Part shown: piece after piece, positions 49,473 through 62,013 of the stretch | Layout: every line of letters starts with the position of its first letter | Numbering within the stretch: position 1 is the first letter of the stretch | Source of the DNA: Podarcis vaucheri | Taxonomy: Eukaryota | DNA: 64,000 bases | NCBI GenBank assembly: GCA_965113315.1 | Contig: OZ220363.1 | Strand: one strand, 5' to 3' | Notes under the pieces: generated by a model | What the model was told of the DNA's origin: nothing | Seen by the model: the letters and a program-made list of their open reading frames with translations, nothing else | The model's database searches: none | Position numbers and translations under genes: made by a program

Positions 49473-50346
49473 TGTGGGAAAACTTACAGCCTTCTAAATA
49501 TCAGCATCCTCTTAAAAATAGCTAGGAACAAAACATATGCTCACATGATCTTCCTTCAAAGAGGTCAAGCAGGAGTCTTGCTGAAACAAAACAGAAATTT
49601 GCCACAAATGCACATTGTAGAATCCCACTGGTTTTCCACTGGTACAGCCAGTGCACCTCCAGCCTGAAGACCTATCCATTACTGCTTACACCAGCATCAC
49701 TATGATGTTTATGCAAATGCCTCCATACTCACTTTTGGCCACACCCACTGCTGGCATTTAGCACCTGGAGGATGTTCTGAATGCAACCCTCTATCCAAAA
49801 AAAGGTTAACAGTCCCTGTCTTAGGGAGACATTTTGCACCTCTCCAAAGCACTCCTTTGCCTTAAATTTTTAGCACAACCATAGTGTCCTGCAGGGTGCA
49901 GCTGGAGATGTTTTGTGCAGTATGAAGAATTGTGAAGTGGAAACTAAGCTTTGGCGCTGATATGGAGTTCTTACTGAGAACTAAGCGGTTTTTTAAAATA
50001 TATATATGTACATAGGGGAATATAAGAAAATGAAAAATAAAATACATATGAATTTTAATATTTTCAGTCCTATAGTAACTGTATATCTGAGTCTTCCTTG
50101 CCCCTCCATTTCTTGCAAAATAGCTCCACTTTTCCTTCATCACTGTGGTTTTCTTTCTCATTTTTCCTTCCTCCCACTTGCAGTTTCATTCCCTTCCCTC
50201 CCCCCACATCTTTTTTTTTTTTGAAAAAATTTCAAGGCATAGAACATTTGTGGACCAGGGAGGGTGCACCATTAACTATTCAGTGCAGGGCCAAGGCAGC
50301 TTGGAATAAACTCTGGCTTAGTCAAATGTTTGTGATCACCCTAGAC

Positions 50347-50482
50347 CAAGCATGGGCAAACTCAGCCCTCCAGATGTTTTGGGACTACAACTCCCATCAT
50401 CCCTGACCACTGGTCCTGTTAGCTAGGGCTGATGAGAGTTGTAGTCCCAAAACATCTAAAGGGCCAAGTTTGCCTATGCCTG
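50347..50482. mobile_element. 136-bp hairpin hAT MITE
   Basis: Inverted arms; perfect 8-bp TSD CCCTAGAC. Confidence 0.9.
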
Positions 50483-51645
50483 CCCTAGACTTCCATGAAG
50501 TGAATTTCCACATGCACCTACCACCTGGGAACAATTTAAACATGCATGTTTGCTATTTGATGATGGAGTGGAGACTTGTGTTTGCAAAAGAGCCATCACA
50601 GAACAAAGTCCAGGGCTTAGACCTCTTGTACCATCACAGTCAATTCACAAAATGCAGATGCAAGTCATCAAGTGTTGTGTACTCAAAGTGGCACTAGCTC
50701 AAGCAATGCACCGACAGGTGTCAATCAGTTCTCAGGCACACTCACTTCTCTGCAAAATACATAATGAAACGTCCTTTTATCAGACTCAAGTCTGCACCTG
50801 GGATAAAGAACAAAAGAAGAACCCAGTTCTGTACCTAAGGCTTACAGTCAAAAATTGACTGTAACTTTATGACAAATCGGCTGTCTCTTGTGGACAGACC
50901 CTGTATTTTTCTGCAATCTGCATACACTGCCTAGATGTTAGTGACAAGCATTTACCATGTAGATAAATGGAAACACATCTTCCAGTCCCTCTTTCCTGAA
51001 TCTTAAGACAGAACTGAGAACCTTCTCTTTTGTTTACAGCGTCAAGGTATCTCATGCTACTCAATAAATAAGAGTTACAGTCTGCAGAACTGATAGATCG
51101 CTTTGCCCACTGTTGATGTGCAGTTGCCGCCAAGAAGCGTATCAGACACACAGCCTCCCTAAATGACACTTCAAAGCAGCTCTAAGCCTTCCCACAGGTG
51201 GAGCTTCTGAAAACTCCATAGTGACTTTATTGGTGATTTATCCATATAACAGATGCCTGCCAACAAGAAAGGATGCAGAAGGGATTTTTGCAAGCTGAAA
51301 ATGGTGAATAGGAAGGGGCACAATCTGCAAACAAGAATTCAGGTGCTAGAGAAAAAGGCTCCCTCATAAAACTTCAACGAAGTCAGGGTGGTCTGCTTTA
51401 TTCGTTTGTTATTTTTGGATCTATCCCAACGGTCTTGCTGTCCAAAAGACCGGCACGTTTTTATTTATTTATTTTTGCAACATGAAGTGGGCAGTGAACA
51501 GATGTGAAAAATAAAAGGGAATAATGGAGAATAAACATTTGACGCCATTCTCTGGGACGTAACCACCTTTATTGATAATATACAAAAGTGGGTAACAGGT
51601 TTCCCATTTTGTTTTTTTCAGAACACTGCATATTAATATTTATGA

Positions 51646-51695
51646 ATAAGTGTCTCCAGCATAGCAACATATAAGTGTCTCCAGCGTAGCAACAT
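51646..51695. repeat. 25-bp tandem duplication
   Basis: ATAAGTGTCTCCAGC(A/G)TAGCAACAT occurs twice. Confidence 0.9.
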
Positions 51696-51764
51696 GTTTC
51701 TAAAGTGTTGTTATGGGGTCCGCACACACAAAGGCAGGAAAGTAGTCCTTCCTTCATTCTATAG

Positions 51765-51900
51765 CAGGCGTAGCCAAACTTGGCCCTCCAGCTGTTTTGG
51801 GACTACAATTCCCATCATCCCCGACCACTGGTCCTGTTAGCTAGGGATGATGGGAGTTGTAGTCCCAAAACAGCTGGAGGGCCAAGTTTGGCCATGCCTG
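51765..51900. mobile_element. 136-bp hairpin hAT MITE, young
   Basis: ~57-bp near-perfect arms; perfect 8-bp TSD TTCTATAG. Confidence 0.92.
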
Positions 51901-54156
51901 TTCTATAGGATAAGCTAGAACTGGGAAGCACAGCTCTGCACACAGCTGCCCCATAGGGTTATAATACTACTCTAGCAGAAGTATTCCCTAGCAGAGATAC
52001 AGTATTTCCAGCCCACTGAGGATTGCCATTGGATCTCCTCACACCATGAACGGCTATAAATAGTACTAGCTGTTTAGCCTCAGTTTTTGCCTGGGCAACG
52101 ATACTCCTTACTCTTTAGTGGTTCTCTACCATGACTGACCCTTGATTCTCAACTCCCTTTTGACAGTTGCCCACGGTTCAGCTCTGACGAGGAGTGGGCT
52201 TAAATGCCCATTTGTGTGGGAACAAAAGATGGAAAGAAATTTAAAAATAAAGCGAGGGGTTTTGGGTTAAAAATAATATTTTGAGCTGCAGATCTCTGCC
52301 AGTTGACATGAAGGGGGAATTTATTGGGATTCAGAACCCAATTCTCAGGCTGATCTCTTGACCGCAAAGTTACCACTTCTCACTGCATCCTTTGTGCTGC
52401 ACCATCCTCAACACACCACGTGTGTCAGGAAATCAAGCGCTGGGTCTCTTAACCACCCAGCATTTGGAAGCCACTGCCATTGTGCAGAAGGCAAAAATTG
52501 CTGCCAGCTTGTAAACACAGAGATGGAAGAAGAGTTTGGAGTCATCAGTACCAGAAGCCTGGGGAAAATACTCCAGAAGAAGTCTTGCACTTTTAATGGC
52601 TAAAAGCAGGGAAGCAAGGGAAAGAAACACTTCTGTTTTCATGACACTTTTTTTTTTGCATGTGGCAGTTTTCATTAGTCTCTTTGACTGTTATCAGTGC
52701 TGCTATGCACAAAGCCAGCTTCAAGAATACATGGAAAAATCAGCGCTGCTTTTACACAGAAAAACAGTACTCTTACAGGGCCATGTAAATTTATTTTCCA
52801 CAAAGGAAGGAAGGTTTCCATCTACTGATCGCAGGGAGCAGTGGAAATTATAAACTGGTGCCTGAGGGCAGCTCTGTGGTATGGGTGGGACCAAATAAAA
52901 CAAAATCTAGTATAGATAAGACAGACATGCTGTTGGTTGGGGAGCCCTGCTGATCTAGCCAGAAGTTTTGCCACCAGCTGGGCACAGGGCTTCTCTTCCT
53001 TTGAAGAATCAGGTACGCAGCTGCTTAGGATTGCTTTTATCATCTTAGGCTGGTTCACAATATGCAATCTATCTAGAGTTAGCAGACTTGGCTTAGACTC
53101 AGTTACACACTAACACTGGTTGCATCCAGACTAAAGCAGTGTAACTCTCCCTACTTAGTACTACAACGAAAGACAGTGTGGAAGTTTCAGAAGGTAGAAT
53201 ACTCCGCTTGTGGGGACCAGATGGTTTGCTCATGTTTCACAACTTTTGAACCAAGTTGCACTGGCAATTGTATTTGTTTCCAGACTTAGTGCTGGTGCTA
53301 AATTTTAAAGCCACACGTGGCTTGGAACTGGCTCAGTGGGGGAAGGACTGCCCACCCCCATATAAGCCTGCTCAGGCCCTAAGATCAGCCTCAGGTGCCC
53401 TGTTCTCTAGGCCAATCAAGTTGGTAGGTACTAAGGACAGGGCCTTTTCAGTGGTGGCTGACCTTTGTGTATTCCCTCCCTGGAGAACTCTGCTTACTCT
53501 CTTCTCATGTGACCTTTAAACAAGCCCTAAAGCTCCTTTCTCCAGGCTTTGCGTTTATCTTATTCCTGGCTTCCTAGATATAATTTTATCTGATACTATT
53601 ATTTATGCTATTGTTGTATCTTGTGACAGCTTGCCCTAAAAGGTGGGTGCAAAATAACAATAAGGAGATGGCAGAGAAAGGGGGTTACATGGCTTTGAGG
53701 GAATCTCAGCATTTTTGACACAGATTTTCCAAAGTTGAGCAGAAGCCCGGTATTCATAGTGCTGATTGGTCTAGCTGTTGTATCAGTCATGAAGCAACTG
53801 CCCCACCCCCAACCTTCTCAGAGCAGGGCTTTTCAAAGAACTCATTGGCTAGCCCTTGAACCATTCACAAAGCCATATCATCTGCCTCAGAGCAGACTTC
53901 GAAGTGTTTTTAGAAAGTGAGGAACATTACAAAAAGTGCTGTAGTCAGCTCATCTGAAGAAGGAAACAACCTTTGTTAAACCAAAAAAAAAAAAAATCAG
54001 AAATATCAATAGTATTGTAATTTAAATGTACACTATTTAATAGATTTACATTCTGGAGACTGAAGTTGGGGGGATGGGACTTTTCTTTACTAGTAACAGT
54101 GAGAAAGCATTACATACACACTCTAGGTTCCTCCCCATTACGTCCCTTCATGATTA

Positions 54157-54418
54157 CCGTATTTTTTGCTCTATAAGACTCACTTTTCCCCTCCTAAAAA
54201 GTAAGATGAAATGTGTGTGAGTCTTATGGAGCGAATGCAGGCTGCGCAGCTATCCCAGAAGCCAGAACAGCAAGAGGGATTGCTGCTTTCACTGCGCAGC
54301 GATCCCTCTTGCTGTTCTGGCTTCTGAGATTTAGAATATATATTTTTTCTTGTTTTCCTCCTCCAAAAACTAGGTGCGTCTTGTTGTCTGGTGTGTCTTA
54401 TAGAGCAAAAAAATACGG
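54157..54418. mobile_element. Tc1/mariner (pogo/Tc2-like) MITE with an internal hairpin
   Basis: TA TSD; ~23-bp TIR CCGTATTTTTTGCTCTATAAGAC; internal 35-bp inverted repeat at 54252-54330. Confidence 0.88.
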
Positions 54419-55509
54419 TACTTCCCCAAATGGAACAATAAGCGTGGGCTTTTGTTCTTAACTTCCACTTCTCCTGTAAAGCAGAGAGCATTAAGGAACA
54501 GTCTGTTTTCTGTTCAGAGGAGAGAACCTTCTATCAAACTTTAATGACATCCTCCCCTCAACATCAACCACATTTCTTTGACTCTCTGCCTTGAATAGGA
54601 TTTCAGTTTTAATGAACCAATTTTTGACATATTAGCCATGAAAAGCCTTCTCCCACATTCTGAGTCTTTCTGTCAATGACCAAAACCTGGATATCACTAA
54701 GTAGATACATTTGAAATGAAATAATGAGTCAGCCCTTCAAAATCACGACTCTGAAGACATAATTCATTGGGGATGTTTTAGTTACCTACCTCTTAGAAGT
54801 GTTGCCATCATGTTTTCAACCTTTTCTTCACAGAGCTGAAAGGAACAAAATTGCTTTCTCTCCCCCACCCCCTTAGTTAAAATAGCTTTTAAATGAAAAC
54901 CTGAAATTCCCAGGATTCCCCTCCCACATTATTTTCTCCTCCTTGGAAATTCATATATCTACATATGGGAAATCCTTAACATACTGCTTAACAGTTGAGT
55001 GGTCACTATAAGACTGAAAAAGCCTATGTTTACTTTTCAGTGGATACGCTGGGGATAAAAATATATAGATGCGCACAGTTTTCACGTCATCTTACTCCTA
55101 CTTTTGACTGCGAAACTACAAGTAAACTTTATGGGACTTAGCCCTAAGAATAATTGAAGAGGGAAAATATGGTGCCAATTGAAAAGAGGGTGGGACTGCA
55201 CACTGCTGCAGCAAATAAATGTGGCCAAACCCATTTTCCCCCAAGATAATGCCAGTAAAGGAGTTGACATTTGTGTGTAGGTGTTGGGGGGAAATAGGTG
55301 CGTGGGAGCATATGCTTAACCCTCCTCATGCACTTCTCTCTCTTGTAAGCCCTGTGCCTCTCTTGTAAGTCCCCCCCCCTTCTGTCTTAATGGGAGTTCT
55401 GGAACGGGGTGACAAAAGGGACGTTGGCAAGTGGAAAATGGATGCAGAGTGAATCACCTTCAACTGCACCAGTTATCTCTTCCCTGCATTGAAAATGAAA
55501 CTGCCAATA

Positions 55510-56092
55510 TCATAATGCCATTTCACAAAGCTATGGTGCAACACACAGTTCTGGTCGCCTCATTTCAAAAAGGATATTGCAGAGCTGGAAACAGTTCTGA
55601 ATAGGGCAATCAAAATAATCAAAATAATCAAGGGGATGGAGCTAGTCCTCTAGGACCCACGTACCTACGGGACCACCTCTCCTAGTATGCCCCGCCCACA
55701 AATGACAACACTTTGGAGGTTCCAAGTCACAAGGTGGTTAGACTGGTCTCAACTAGGACCAGAGCCTTTTCAGTACTGGCCCCGACTTGGTGGAAATCTC
55801 TGTCACAAGAGACTAGGGCCCTGCGGGATTTGACATCTTTCCGCAGGGCCTGCAAGACAGAGCTGTTCCACATGGCCTTTGGTTTGGACTCAGTCTGACC
55901 CTTATGTTTCCCTCCCCTTACGGTTTTGACCTATGGGCTACTTTTAAAACGAAGCTTCATTTTAAATTGCATTTTAACCTGTATTTTAAATTGCTTTATT
56001 TTATTTTTTTCTATTATGTTTTTCTTGTAATTTTATTGGTGTTAGCCGCCCTGAGCCTGGCTTTGGCCGGGAAGGGTGGGGTATAAATAAAA

Positions 56093-56132
<40 letters not shown>

Positions 56133-56657
56133 GGAAAGGTTGCAGCATATGGGACTTTTTAGTTGAGAAAAAAGACAAGTCATGACATGACATTCAGAAA
56201 ACAATACACGGCATGGAAAAACTGGATACAGAAAAGTTTTTCTCCCTCTCCCATAACACTGGAACTCATGACCATTCAATGAAGCTGGATGCTGGAAAAT
56301 TCGGGACAGACGAATTAAATAATTTCTTCAATACACAGCACATTGTTAAACTATGGAATTTGCTCCCACAGGAGACAGTGATGACCACCAAATTAGATGG
56401 CTTCAAAAGAGGTTAAAACAAATTTGTGGAGGATAAGGTTCTCAACGGCTACAACCTGTGAAAGCTATGCTCTGCCTCCACAATCAGAGGCAGTAATCCT
56501 TCTGGATACCTTCTGGATACCTCAGGAGGGGAGAGAGCTCTTGGGCTGAAGCCCTGCTTGCAGGTTTCCCATGGGCATCTGGTTGGCCACTGGGAGACCA
56601 GGATGCTGGACTAGATGGGCTATTGGCCTGACCCAGCTGGCTCTTCTCGTGTTCTTA
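55510..56657 (+). mobile_element. CR1 LINE 3' portion split by an L2 insertion
   Basis: QFWSPHFKKDI.ELE.V..RA.K.I before the insertion; ERLQ.MGLFS.EK and KLWNLLPQE.VM...LDGFKRG after it; 3' UTR ends CTAGATGGGCTATTGGCCTGACCCAG...GTTCTTA. Confidence 0.8.
55650..56131 (+). mobile_element. L2 LINE 3' fragment related to the 2125-3330 copy
   Basis: Peptide VRLVSTRTRAFS..APTWW.SLSQETRAL.DLTSFRRACKTELFH.AFG matches the C-terminus of ORF 2320-3357; same terminal stem-loop and (TTA)n tail. Confidence 0.92.
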
Positions 56658-58258
56658 AAACAAATTCAGGATTGGGAAGTTGGGAACCCCATGTATGGCT
56701 CAAATAATAGCATGTCCTCACAGATCCCTAGCTGAACTTTGTATTTGTCTTGAACTAGAAACCAACCATTTCCACAGCTGAAAATGAAACAGCAGAAGGA
56801 AGGGATGAGGTACTACTACAAGTCACAGATCTTTTGAGGTGGGAGCTGCAGATGGTGTCCTGAGTTGCATTTGGTCCAGTCCCATTACAAAATGGCTCCC
56901 TCTAGTATTCTGAAAGTTGGCCTTTTTGTTTCTAAAACATTATCCGTTGAATCACTGATAGAGCATTAACACTGCCAAACGTCTTTGTGAAATGGAAAGC
57001 AAGGTGTTCCAGATTATTTGTTATATCTAGGTTTTCTAATGATAATGCTCAAGTCACAGAACAAGGGTAGCTGGGTTATTTATTGTCCATACTTATTTTT
57101 CTTTTCTTTTCTTTTTTTGCCTTCCCACCCACTTTTGTCAAGTTAGCACTTTTAGTATCTCCTTTCCAGAAGCTAATACCCAAGGTGAATTTAGAAGTGG
57201 CAGGTCCAAATTGTGATCGGATCATCTCCGTTGTGGCAGCCGAAACTGATCTTATCTGGATGGTGACCTTACCCACTTCAGAGAGCAGAACTCATTACAA
57301 TAATAAGGAATAACAGAGACAGAGAAAGAGCAATCACAGCAGAGCCTGGAAAGAATTCACTTTACCATCATTTCAGAAGATTAGTTCTAAGCCTCTCTCC
57401 TGTAAACGTCATTTTTCACTCCAGCAGGAGGTCCAGTTCAGAAATTATTCTGGCCGACTCACAGGCTGTATCTCTTTACCCCTGATTTGCAATCCATTTC
57501 CACCTCCTCCTAGCGCACTCAATTGCATTTGTTTAATAGCTAAACACACGATGCTATTTGATAATGCAACATTTTGTTTGGGATATAATAGGAAGGATTA
57601 TCAATATACCTGCATCTGTATGTGAGACGGCACCTAAAAATGAACCCATGAGGATCTTGATTATAGAAATGGGGTGGGTGGGTGTGCGCGCGCATGTGTG
57701 TTTGTGTGTGAGTGCGACTGGCATTGAATGCTGCATATGCTTGCAAGAATGTAAATGCACATGTGAAAATACTGCAGGGGTGTATTGGTCCATTTGTAAT
57801 CGGAACTGACCACTGGCTAAAGCTATTGCTGAGCACACCACTTCACGTGTATATTTCCTATTAGGCTCACAATCATTGGACCTTATGGGCTGCTTTCAGC
57901 TACTGTGTCCTGACAGCACAAGGATTCCTGCTTGCATAGTGGGGCTCCCCCCCACACATCTTCCCCCTCCACACACATTGTTCCCAAATCTAATCCAGAG
58001 GGTTGGAGAAACCCCTAGAACAATTTATTGGGTGCACAGGGGGAGATATGGAGGGAAAGGAGAAAGGAGAGAGCACAAGGAGAAATCACCAGAAGAAAAA
58101 TATCTGTCAGGGGGCTTTTAGCCCAGAGCTGCTCTGCTTTCTGGAAAGAACATGGCTATTTAGTCTGTGAATGACTGAGGTACCAGCAAAGGAGATAAAG
58201 ATGACAGTGCTCCCTTAGTAGCATTCTTGGTGGGGCAGGACAGCCCAAGTATAACATA

Positions 58259-58484
58259 CAGTGGTACCTCGGGTTAAGTACTTAATTCGTTCTGGGGGTC
58301 CGTTCTTAACCTGAAACTGTTCTTAACCTGAAGCACCACTTTAGCTAATGGGGCCTCCTGCTGCTGCTGCACCGCAGGAGCACGATTTCTGTTCTTATCC
58401 TGAAGCAAAGTTCTTAACCTGAAGCACTATTTCTGGGTTAGCGGAGTCTGTAACCTGAAGCGTATGTAACCTGAGGTACCACTG
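58259..58484. mobile_element. Tc1/mariner MITE, family A
   Basis: TA-CAGTGGTACCTCGGG...GAGGTACCACTG. Confidence 0.9.
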
Positions 58485-60004
58485 TGCATAATTTCAAAAC
58501 TACCCGGTTTACCTCTGACCCCACTAACTTGGAGCTCTGGCCCAGCCCACTGCTGCTGTCATGTAGCCCCTGACCAATTACCTCAGAGGGAACGTGGCTC
58601 TCATCCCTGGTGCATGCTCTTATTGGGCACCCAGTTGAAGGCTCTCATCTTGGTACTTAATGGCTGGCAGTTGGCCTTTAATAGTCTCTAAATTTGCCAC
58701 CCAGCGCAGCCATTTTACTTTCCTTGGTGTGGCACCACCCTCTGTATTTCTCACTGCTTTTAATGGTGTCACTTTATCCTGCCTATAACTGTACTGACAA
58801 TCAGGTCCCCCTCTCCCCTTAGACATAAGCCTTGCTGCTACACAGAACCTTATGGACACAGAAAGAAATTGGACACCTGCATACTCCACACTCCATACAA
58901 GTAACATATGTCTGGTACATATGTGCCTGTCATAATCCCTTACTTGTGCTTACAATGGACTTTTGATCATGTGCTCATGACATCACAGTAGGCGGCTGTG
59001 AATTCAAGCCATTTAACTTGACCCTGTTTTGGCGCAGCATCTCTGAGTTTGGGAGACACAGTACATCATAGAAAGAGATCTGCTGCTCTCAACACCAGCT
59101 CACATGAGTTTTACAGGGTGCAGATTTAGTATGTGTTTTTACCTGTAATGTGATTTTATGCTTAAGAGCTCCTAAGTTCAGGGGATGCAGGGCCTATATT
59201 AGTAACAGAGCCACTTCAGGGCATCTTAGAGCAAAGTTCTATAAGGCAGGAGCAATTTGTATTTCCTTTTCTTCAATCCATATCCCATGTAGTGGCAGTG
59301 GGCTTTAAGCTTTCCAGCCAGGTGTCTACTGTTCCACACATGCAGGTTTGCACAAGGGCCCTTCTGAGCTGCCCTAGTTATCTAAGAGAACTAAGAGAAC
59401 GAGGAAGGCAGGGGCGCACTTATTTGAGCTGTTCAGGGCTGCCTCAAGTCACCCTGCGACTTACTGTAACAACTTTATGGTGAGTTCCAGCACCTATTTT
59501 TCTCGGGGTGAAAAAAAAAGCACCGCTTTCACCCAGCAAGATTGCCTGTATGTCCCAGGATATGAACTGGAGGCATGTGAGACCAATGCCTTGTGGAAGC
59601 CAAGCAGATGTGGCTCTGGTCAGTAACTGGATTGGTGACCACCTAGGAACCATATGTATATTGCCCTGAGTTCCATTTTGGAAGAGAAGTGGGAAATAAA
59701 GGTTAAATAAACAGATACCTACATAAAATGTTCTATCTATCCCCACCACTCCCAGCAGGACTGGGGGGGGTGGACTTAAAAAAACAACAACCTGCATTTA
59801 TAAGAAATGCAAAACTTATACAGGTTGCAGGATTTAGCTTTTCTTGATGCAATAGAAGCATTAGATGACAAGTCTCTAAATGGCCCTTAATATCTCTTTT
59901 CTTCTCCCCCCGGCTACTTTCCTGCCGCTATTATCCTTCTGTTCAGCTCCATATCATGCTGCTTCTTCAAGCACTTTTAGAAGTTCCTTAAAGAGGCAGG
60001 CATA

Positions 60005-60345
60005 CTTCTGCAAACATGACATGAAGGCTGGCAACATTAACCCCACCCTGTGGGAATCCCTTGCAGACGACCGCAGCTCCTGGAGACAATCAGTCAGGTT
60101 GTGTATCCACAGCAGTGACCGGAAGATGAGTGACCACTTGGAGGAACGCAGATAGAAGAAATGCAATGTACATCTGCAGCAGCACAACCAGACTCCTTCA
60201 TCTGCCCCAGCTGCAACAAAATATGTCTCTCCCGTATCAGTCTCCACAGCCACAGCAGGTGCTGTAACTCTCCAACAGTTCGACTTCACTCCCAAAGGAG
60301 CAGTTCTCCACTGTCTCCTGACACAGACAGATGCCAGCCACAACT
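60005..60345 (+). mobile_element. RTE-clade LINE 3' fragment, same family as 29956-31400
   Basis: CK.DMKAGNI.P..WESLADDRS.WRQS and FICPSCNK.C.SRI.L.SH zinc-knuckle-like end. Confidence 0.82.
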
Positions 60346-60393
60346 TCAGTGCTGGCTGGATTTTAAAGCCTGGATTGATTTCTATTTTTGCAG

Positions 60394-60763
60394 TGTTATG
60401 TACTGAGTTGAATAGGATCCAAACTGCAGCAGTCTGATTGGTCCTAGAACAATAGGATCCAAAATGCAGCAGTCTGATTAGTCCTAGAACAATAGGATTC
60501 AGAATGCAGCAGTCTGATTGGTCCTAGAACAATGCAGCAGTATGATTGGTTGGCAGGAACCACCCAATCCTGCTCCAGATAGAAGTGAATCCACAACCTG
60601 ATTGGCTTACAGTAGAATTCCGGAATTAGCCAATCATGTGCAGCCCATTGTGTAAATAATGTATATAAAGCAGATACTGTGAGGGGACATTCATTCATTC
60701 TTCCTCACCACTATGAGCTGAATAAAGAGCATGAAATCACTTTGCGACTCTGAGTATATTTCA
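60394..60763 (+). mobile_element. Solo LTR (370 bp) of an LTR retrotransposon/ERV
   Basis: TG...CA ends, 4-bp TSD GCAG, 40-bp tandem repeats with ATTGG boxes, TATATAAAG (~60663) and AATAAA (60721). Confidence 0.85.
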
Positions 60764-60917
60764 GCAGTTTAAAAGGTGATCAATGTTCATTCATGGAAAA
60801 ATGCCACGGGTGATGCCAAGTAGGTGGACCAACTGTATTTCAGATGGTCTTCAGGAGAAGTTATGTAGGAGCCTCAAAATGTTACATTCCCTTCTCATGC
60901 TCCATTAACTGAGGGCT

Positions 60918-61115
60918 GGGGCCATAGCTGAGTGATACAGCATGTACATTGTACACAGAAGTTCCTCCACCTAATCCCTGGTAACTTCCATTAAAAAAAG
61001 GTGGAGGTACAGATGGTGTGAAATACCTGTACCTGGGACCCTGGAGAGCCACTGCCAGTAGATAGTATTTGCTGAATGGATGTATAGTCTGACTTGGGAT
61101 AAGACAGCTTCCTCC
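60918..61115 (+). mobile_element. tRNA(Ala)-like SINE, degenerate
   Basis: Homologous to 8360-8560. Confidence 0.6.
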
Positions 61116-61390
61116 AATATCCCTTCCTTAACCGACACCACCTGTTTCACTTGCCTGTGTTCTTGGCAAGACCATCCTTTGGTCTTTGCAGCACAAAGAC
61201 TTATGACATCACAGAAGGCTGCCATGGATATTCTCTGGCAAACAGGTTGAAGCAAGCTAGTTAACCCAGAGCTATGTGAGATCCTTTGGGACTAGGAACC
61301 TTTACAGCCCTGATCAGTTAGACGAGGCAAAGTCCATTGAAACAAATGAGTTAGCTGTGCTTAACTCAGTGCAGGAGTGAACTGCTACAT

Positions 61391-61564
61391 GGGAAGGTGC
61401 CACATACCAAATCCAGACCATTGGTCCATCTAGCTCAGCAACTGTCTATATTGACTGGTAGCAGCTCTGCAGGGTTTCAGGCAGGAGTCTCTCCCAGCCC
61501 TACCTGGGGATGCTGGAGACTGAATCTGCATGGAAAGCAGATGCTCTTCCACTTAGCTATGGCC
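61391..61564 (-). mobile_element. tRNA(Ala)-like SINE
   Basis: Reverse complement is homologous to 8360-8560 (CAGACCATTGGTCCATCTA; GGTTTCAGGCAGG). Confidence 0.7.
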
Positions 61565-61769
61565 ACCCTCAAATTAAAGTATTGCCACCATGGGATGCAA
61601 CATACCTTAGGCACCACAAGATATGTGTGGCAGTTTCAGTTGCCAAGCACTTGACATCTTTAAGAAAAGACAACCAAGAGTGCCTGCCTGCCTTCTCCTT
61701 TCTCCATAGTCAGGCCATATTTGACTGAAGACCAAGAAGATAACCTGGGGGAACATATGCTCCTTCAGG

Positions 61770-62013
61770 CAGGGGCAGACCTTGGTAATATGGCACCCTG
61801 TGCAAGGCCAAAATTTGATGCCCCCAGATCCCTTGCACTGCCTTCCCAAGCGAGGTAAGTGAGGTGCTGGGCTTTGGGAAGGAGGTGCAAGGGCTCTGGC
61901 AGGGTCCTAGCTGGGCAAATGCTAAGTAGGCTTTGGAAAGGAGGCGGGAAGGCACCCCCTCGGATTGGCACCCTGTGCAGGAGAACCCATCATGGTGCCC
62001 TAAATCTGCCTCT
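61770..62013. mobile_element. Putative hAT-like element nested in a hairpin-MITE relic
   Basis: Ends CAGGGGCAGA / TCTGCCTCTG; TGGCACCCTGTGCA is repeated near both ends; MITE sequence CTCCAGATGTTGCTGGATTACAGCTCC resumes after it. Confidence 0.45.

Noticed and set aside
60411-60545. CRISPR-like regularly spaced repeats
   Set aside because: Contiguous tandem units with no unique spacers, inside a eukaryotic LTR.
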